From IMG/VR virus record IMGVR_UViG_2737471860_000005: a stretch of 10,662 nt of DNA. The stretch is one strand, 5' to 3'. The notes under the pieces were generated by a model. The model was not told the origin of the DNA. It was given only the letters and a program-made list of their open reading frames with translations, and did no database searches. A program made the position numbers and the translations under genes. Numbering within the stretch: position 1 is the stretch's first letter; each line of letters starts with the position of its first letter. This DNA comes from a virus. Its lineage: Duplodnaviria > Heunggongvirae > Uroviricota > Caudoviricetes. Shown here piece by piece: positions 6,551-10,662 of the stretch.

Positions 6551-8647
6551 ATGCAGTCGTACGTTACCGTAAATGACCTGCTCGGTGTTCCTGGAATGCC
6601 AGCCACAGCAAAAGGCATCCGACAGGCGTTACAGCGTTTTTCTCGTGGTCTTGGTGACATGAGCCGCCGTAGGGAAGGCTCAAAAGCCATTGAGTACCAC
6701 ATTGATTGCCTACCGGAAATAACACAAAAGGCACTACGTGAACGTTATGTGGAACAACTAGTAGCTACGGAGAACAACGTTTCTGAAGTAAAAGCTGTTA
6801 CTAGGAAGACACGTAATCCCGATGCTGTTCAGGCGATCGAAGCATATCGCGGTTCTCCGCAACTGATGGAAGAACGCCTGAATGCACTTACCGAAAACCA
6901 GCGTCGGGTATCTGAAGCAAGGGCAGCGCTGGTGGTGGAAGTGCTGAAGCTGGAAAGCGCCGGTAACATCGGGCGACTGAAAGCCATTAACTTTCTTGTT
7001 GAAAAGGCTCGTAAAGACGAGCTGCCAGAGCGACTGCAACAGGCCGCGATTAACGCCAATGCAAAACGTGGCGCTAATCGCACTATCAGCCGTGATCCGC
7101 TTTACCAGTGGGTACTGAAATACAACCAGTCGCGGAATGCCGCAGAACGACTGCTGTTACTGGCACCAGGTAAACGTGACGAAATAAAACCGGAAGAAAT
7201 TAGCTGGCTACCTGAATTTCTGGCGCAGTATCGCCAGGTGAACGGCAGACCTATGTCTGAAGCCTACGAGGATTTTGTCGCGGAATGGCAGCGTCGCCAT
7301 GCAGACGAACCGTACATGCTGGAGGTGATGCCCTCTTACGATGTGGTTCGTTATGCCATGAAGAAATTGCCGGAAGTGGTGAAACAAAAAGGACGCGTTA
7401 CCGGCAGTGAATACCGTCAGCTTGAAGGATTCACCCGTCGCAACTGGACCGCTATGCCGGTGAATTATGTCTGGATTGGTGACGGTCACGGTATGAAGCT
7501 GAAATGTGCGCATCCGATCCACGGGCGTCCATTCTCACCAGAAGTCACGTTTGTGATCGATGGTGGAACACGGTTTGTTGTTGGCTGGAGTCTTGACCTT
7601 GCCGAGAACGTGTTCGCCGTTGCCGGTGCAATACAGCACGGCATTCGTAACCACGGAAAACCGTTCCTGTATTACTCGGATAACGGTTCCGGTGAAACGG
7701 CAGATATGCTGGATAAAGAGATTGTCGGGATTCTGCCCCGTCTGGGCATTAACCACCCCACCGGTATTGCGGGAAATCCACAGGGACGCGGCATTATTGA
7801 ACGCCTGAACCGGACGCTGCCGATGCGTATAGCCAGGAAGTATCGCACCTATTTTGGCAAGGGTGCTGACCGGGAATCATTGCGTGTGCTCAATCGCGAT
7901 CTGCGTTCAGCATTTAATGCCCTGCAACAGGACAAACCGCTGAATGCTCGCCAGAAATCTGCAATGCGTGAGCTGCCATCATGGACAGAACTTATCGAGG
8001 CTATTCGTGAAGGTGTGGAATGGTACAACAACCGCCCACATTCTGAGCTGCCGATGAAACCTGACGGACGGCATTACAGCCCGGCAGAATTCAGAAAAAA
8101 ACGCCTGGCAGAAGAAGACACCGAAATTGAGTGGCTGAGTGATCTTGAGCTGCGCGACATGTTCCGCCCGATGGTGGAACGGCCTGTAAGACGGTGCGAA
8201 ATTCAGTGGCTGAACAATATTTACTACGCGCCGGAATTGCGTGACGAACACGGCCGCAAAGTTCTTATCAGTTATGACATTCATGACGCAGAGCGAATTA
8301 CGGTACGCCGTAAAGACGGCAGCTTTATTTGTGAGGCGATATGGAACGGCAATAAACGCGCAGCCTTTCCTGTCACGGCTGAATATCACAAACAACAGCA
8401 GCGTATTAAAGGAATGCGCAAACGTGCTGAGGAAAAAATTCGTGATGCTGAAGATGAAGGTATCCAGATTCTGGAACACAAACAGTCTGAACCATGTCTG
8501 GATAATGTTTATCGCCCGGTTGGTAATACGGTAACCGTCCAGCAACAGGATTATGAAGAGGATTACGACGAAGATTATAAACGCGATTTCTGGCTGGGTT
8601 TGCAGAAACTTGCAGCCATACAGGAACAGGATGATCCGCTGGCCTGA
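6551..8647 (+). CDS. A: Mu A-like DDE transposase
   Basis: 698-aa ORF starting 1 nt after the ner stop (TGAtATG). The N-terminal motif GSKAIEYHIDCLP resembles the MuA/Mu-repressor winged-helix motif (GVKGGKAIEY). Candidate catalytic residues are D311 (WIGDGH), D377 (YYSDNGS) and E417 (IIERLNRTL), followed by WYNNRPHSEL, typical of a retroviral-integrase-type core. Confidence 0.88.
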   Translation: MQSYVTVNDLLGVPGMPATAKGIRQALQRFSRGLGDMSRRREGSKAIEYHIDCLPEITQKALRERYVEQLVATENNVSEVKAVTRKTRNPDAVQAIEAYRGSPQLMEERLNALTENQRRVSEARAALVVEVLKLESAGNIGRLKAINFLVEKARKDELPERLQQAAINANAKRGANRTISRDPLYQWVLKYNQSRNAAERLLLLAPGKRDEIKPEEISWLPEFLAQYRQVNGRPMSEAYEDFVAEWQRRHADEPYMLEVMPSYDVVRYAMKKLPEVVKQKGRVTGSEYRQLEGFTRRNWTAMPVNYVWIGDGHGMKLKCAHPIHGRPFSPEVTFVIDGGTRFVVGWSLDLAENVFAVAGAIQHGIRNHGKPFLYYSDNGSGETADMLDKEIVGILPRLGINHPTGIAGNPQGRGIIERLNRTLPMRIARKYRTYFGKGADRESLRVLNRDLRSAFNALQQDKPLNARQKSAMRELPSWTELIEAIREGVEWYNNRPHSELPMKPDGRHYSPAEFRKKRLAEEDTEIEWLSDLELRDMFRPMVERPVRRCEIQWLNNIYYAPELRDEHGRKVLISYDIHDAERITVRRKDGSFICEAIWNGNKRAAFPVTAEYHKQQQRIKGMRKRAEEKIRDAEDEGIQILEHKQSEPCLDNVYRPVGNTVTVQQQDYEEDYDEDYKRDFWLGLQKLAAIQEQDDPLA

Positions 8648-8655
8648 ATAAAAAA

Positions 8656-8677
8656 ACAGTCCGCGGAAACGGACTGT
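8656..8677 (+). other. Stem-loop in the A-B intergenic region
   Basis: 8-bp perfect inverted repeat ACAGTCCG/CGGACTGT with a 6-nt loop, 9 nt after the A stop and 44 nt before the B ATG. It has no U-tract, so it is not a classical terminator; it could be an RNA stability or processing element or a partial attenuator. Confidence 0.35.
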
Positions 8678-8720
8678 TAAACAAAGGAAACAAAGCTGAT
8701 TTGAATAAACGGAGAATAAT

Positions 8721-9650
8721 ATGACCGATATTAATGATGTTTTCAATACGATTAGCTCACTGATTACTGACAGCGTAAAAACTCAGAGCGTTATTGCTAA
8801 AGAGGCAGGCGTGTCAGAGGCCACACTCTCGGAACTCCGCAAAGGTCGTTACAAAGGCGATACCGAAGGGATGCATGACAAATTACTGATGTGGTATCAG
8901 GCCTGGCAGAAAAGCCAGGAATTACCAGGCGCACCGCAACTTGTGGAAACACAAACCCTGCGTGATTTGCGTGAACTGTTCCAGACGGTGCGTGTTATGG
9001 GGTGTATCAGCGTTCTGGTTGGTGTGCCGGGGGTAGGAAAAACCGTTGCAGCCCGTGAATACAGTAATCGGGTATCTAATACCTGGATGGTGACCCTTTC
9101 CCCTGCACACTCAACGGTGACTGAATGTCTGCTGGAACTGGCAGACGCGCTGGGAATTGATAATCCGCAAAGGAATAAAGGTGCACTGACCCGTGCCATT
9201 CGCAAAAAACTGAATGGTACACGCGGTCTGGTTATTGTGGATGAAGCTGACCACCTGAGCATTGACGGGCTGGAACAATTACGTGCCATTCAGGATGCCA
9301 CCGGAGTCGGGATGGTATTGATTGGTAACCCCAGCCAGTTAGCCAAAGCCACACATCGGGGAACGGATGACCTTGCACGTTTGTTCAGTCGTTTCGCCAT
9401 GACAAAGCAACTACGTAAAGCCAAAAAGGCTGACGTGGTGGCAATTGCAAAAGCCTGGGGCATTGAGGGCGAAGATGAATTATCACTCATGCAGAGTATC
9501 GCGGAAAAACCAGGTGCATTACGTGTATTAACTCATACGTTGAATCAGGCGTGGCTGGCAGCCAGCGGGAAAGGCGTTCCTCTGTCCAAAGACTACATTA
9601 AAGCGGCTTTTAAAGAGGTTTACAGCAACCCGAAATTACTGAACTGGTAA
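8721..9650 (+). CDS. B: Mu B-like AAA+ ATPase (target DNA activator)
   Basis: 309-aa ORF with Walker A GVPGVGKT (residues 101-108) and Walker B LVIVDEAD (about 170-177), plus an N-terminal HTH-like segment (SVIAKEAGVSEATLSELRKG). It lies immediately downstream of the transposase, as in Mu. Confidence 0.85.
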   Translation: MTDINDVFNTISSLITDSVKTQSVIAKEAGVSEATLSELRKGRYKGDTEGMHDKLLMWYQAWQKSQELPGAPQLVETQTLRDLRELFQTVRVMGCISVLVGVPGVGKTVAAREYSNRVSNTWMVTLSPAHSTVTECLLELADALGIDNPQRNKGALTRAIRKKLNGTRGLVIVDEADHLSIDGLEQLRAIQDATGVGMVLIGNPSQLAKATHRGTDDLARLFSRFAMTKQLRKAKKADVVAIAKAWGIEGEDELSLMQSIAEKPGALRVLTHTLNQAWLAASGKGVPLSKDYIKAAFKEVYSNPKLLNW

Positions 9651-9661
9651 TAGGGTGATAA

Positions 9662-9892
9662 ATGATGATGTCACGAAATATAAAAATGGCAACGGATGCG
9701 CAGCACTGGTTACAGGCGCGCGGAAGTCACGTAAATGAATCATATATCGGCGTGGCACGCCCGATTCTTGAAATCACTTATCCACCTGTTGAACTGGTAA
9801 AAAACGCGGTCAGGATTATGGAGCATAAATCAGGTATTGCCCGTTCTGTATGGACGACACGTCTTAATGGTTGCCAGATTATCTGGAGATAA
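9662..9892 (+). CDS. Small early protein of unknown function (occupies the Mu kil position)
   Basis: 76-aa ORF beginning 12 nt after the B stop. Three consecutive ATGs (9662, 9665, 9668) follow GGGTGA, so the true start is probably 9665 or 9668. No motif recognised; assignment is by synteny only. Confidence 0.5.
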   Translation: MMMSRNIKMATDAQHWLQARGSHVNESYIGVARPILEITYPPVELVKNAVRIMEHKSGIARSVWTTRLNGCQIIWR

Positions 9893-9894
9893 CG

Positions 9895-10125
9895 ATGTGT
9901 ATTAAAGCTGAAAAATATATTGAATGGGTTAAACACTGTCAGCACCACAGAGTACCGTTGACGACATATAAATGCCCTGGATGTGGTGAACAGATTATGA
10001 CGCAATGCTCACCAGAAAAGGAAATTCGGGATTCTCTGACATGTTGTCCTTGGTGTAGTGCAGTTTTCTTTAAACAGGTACAAGGTGCGAAGGTAAAAGC
10101 CAGCGTAGTTATTCAGAATCAATAA
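9895..10125 (+). CDS. Small zinc-ribbon protein (CxxC...CxxC) of unknown function
   Basis: The ORF track gives a TTG-forced start at 9871, but ATG 9895-9897 has GGAG 6 nt upstream, overlapping the previous stop. The 76-aa product carries CPGC (residues 26-29) and CCPWC (49-53) plus further Cys/His residues (HCQHH), a typical small zinc-ribbon arrangement. Confidence 0.55.
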   Translation: MCIKAEKYIEWVKHCQHHRVPLTTYKCPGCGEQIMTQCSPEKEIRDSLTCCPWCSAVFFKQVQGAKVKASVVIQNQ

Positions 10126-10136
10126 GGAGAAGCAAA

Positions 10137-10400
10137 ATGGCAAAAGTAATTATTGAAATTAAAAATACAGTATCTGGAATTAAAGGACGGAATTTGTGCA
10201 CCAGCATTGCGGTGGACGGTAGTGCGGAACTGGACGGTGATGAGGGTACACTCGCTGGCATGGTGGCGTTACTGGTGCTTAATAAAAGCCAGAAAATAAT
10301 TAATGAGTCAGCTCATGAAGCTATTGAGATTTTGAAAAACGATGGTGTCATCACCGGTGGCCGTGTCACTGAAATGGCTGTTGAAAAAACATGCCACTGA
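10137..10400 (+). CDS. Hypothetical small early protein
   Basis: 87-aa ORF with a strong AGGAG 7 nt upstream of the ATG, starting 11 nt after the previous stop; same strand and tight packing with its neighbours. No motif recognised. Confidence 0.5.
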   Translation: MAKVIIEIKNTVSGIKGRNLCTSIAVDGSAELDGDEGTLAGMVALLVLNKSQKIINESAHEAIEILKNDGVITGGRVTEMAVEKTCH

Positions 10401-10414
10401 AAGGAACGCTGACA

Positions 10415-10657
10415 ATGAACGTCAAAATCCGAAATGAAATTCAGGCATTAATCCGAATTCAGGAACGCAATAACAACGGTGGTGAATTACGCGAGTTTAT
10501 TTGTGCGCGTGAAGTTGATGGTTATGGTGAAAAAACTTACCTGATAGCTTTTGACCATTACAGCATCTGTGCGCGTTATTGCGGTGAAAGCATTTCCAGC
10601 GCCATTGCGTTTGGCGGTGCGTTCAACGTGGATTTATGGGAATACGGGCTTTGTTGA
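10415..10657 (+). CDS. Hypothetical small early protein
   Basis: The ORF reaches stop 10655-10657. I prefer the start at ATG 10415 (AGGA 9 nt upstream, product MNVKIRNEIQ..., 80 aa). The track's alternative, ATG 10391, overlaps the previous gene by 10 bp and lacks a clear ribosome-binding site. Contains several Cys residues; no motif recognised. Confidence 0.45.
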   Translation: MNVKIRNEIQALIRIQERNNNGGELREFICAREVDGYGEKTYLIAFDHYSICARYCGESISSAIAFGGAFNVDLWEYGLC

Positions 10658-10662
10658 ATAAA

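Larger units (their letters stand above)
5341..10662 (+). mobile_element. Left arm of a Mu-like transposable prophage (attL through early genes); continues beyond the window
   Basis: Canonical Mu early gene order c(leftward)-ner-A-B, with transposase-binding-like repeats at the end and an abrupt junction inside a host gene. The left-end tract CCGGGAAAAG...GATTTGATGGGATT resembles my recollection of the Mu left end (AACCGGGAGG...GATCTGATGGGATT). The exact terminal nucleotide is uncertain within about 5335-5350. Confidence 0.8.

Noticed and set aside
6418-7756. Minus-strand ORFs within ner and A (6418-6702, 6758-7039, 6829-7083, 7208-7522, 7535-7756)
   Set aside because: Antisense to ner and A with no ribosome-binding sites; the ner-A-B operon explains the region.
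7979-8746. 255-aa minus-strand ORF
   Set aside because: It lies entirely antisense to the well-supported transposase A and B genes. Its product is low-complexity and Phe/Leu/Ile-rich, typical of antisense translation of coding DNA, and it has no convincing ribosome-binding site. Treated as a spurious shadow ORF.
8897-9490. Minus-strand ORFs inside B (8897-9289, 8922-9110, 9290-9490)
   Set aside because: Antisense to the B gene, whose Walker A and B motifs are clear. Shadow ORFs.
9871-9894. TTG-initiated N-terminal extension of the zinc-ribbon ORF (MPDYLEIT...)
   Set aside because: It overlaps the preceding gene by 22 bp and is forced by the ORF finder. ATG at 9895 with GGAG at the right spacing is the more plausible start.
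10137-10657. The last two small ORFs as a toxin-antitoxin pair
   Set aside because: Size and adjacency fit, but neither product shows a motif of a known toxin or antitoxin family, and tight packing is normal for phage early operons. Retained only as a low-probability alternative under the small-ORF finding.

Overview
This window reads as Escherichia coli-type chromosome interrupted by the left arm of a Mu-like transposable prophage. Positions 1 to about 5340 carry the minus-strand block ybiU, ybiV, ybiW (pflF, glycyl-radical enzyme) and the 3' part of ybiY (pflE, its activase), with a REP element and hairpin terminators between genes. At about 5340 the ybiY frame is cut by the prophage end. 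The prophage arm has the canonical Mu early layout: attL with three direct ATTCAAGATA-core repeats, a leftward c-like repressor gene, a divergent operator/promoter region, then rightward ner, A (DDE transposase), B (AAA+ ATPase) and a tightly packed, AT-rich run of four small ORFs of unknown function, one a CxxC...CxxC zinc-ribbon protein. No rRNA, tRNA or CRISPR array was seen. The best candidates for undescribed biology are the small post-B ORFs, the apparently modular repressor and the structured operator repeats. The insertion also orphans the glycyl-radical enzyme gene from its activase and upstream promoter. All homology calls are motif recognition by eye from memory, not database searches.
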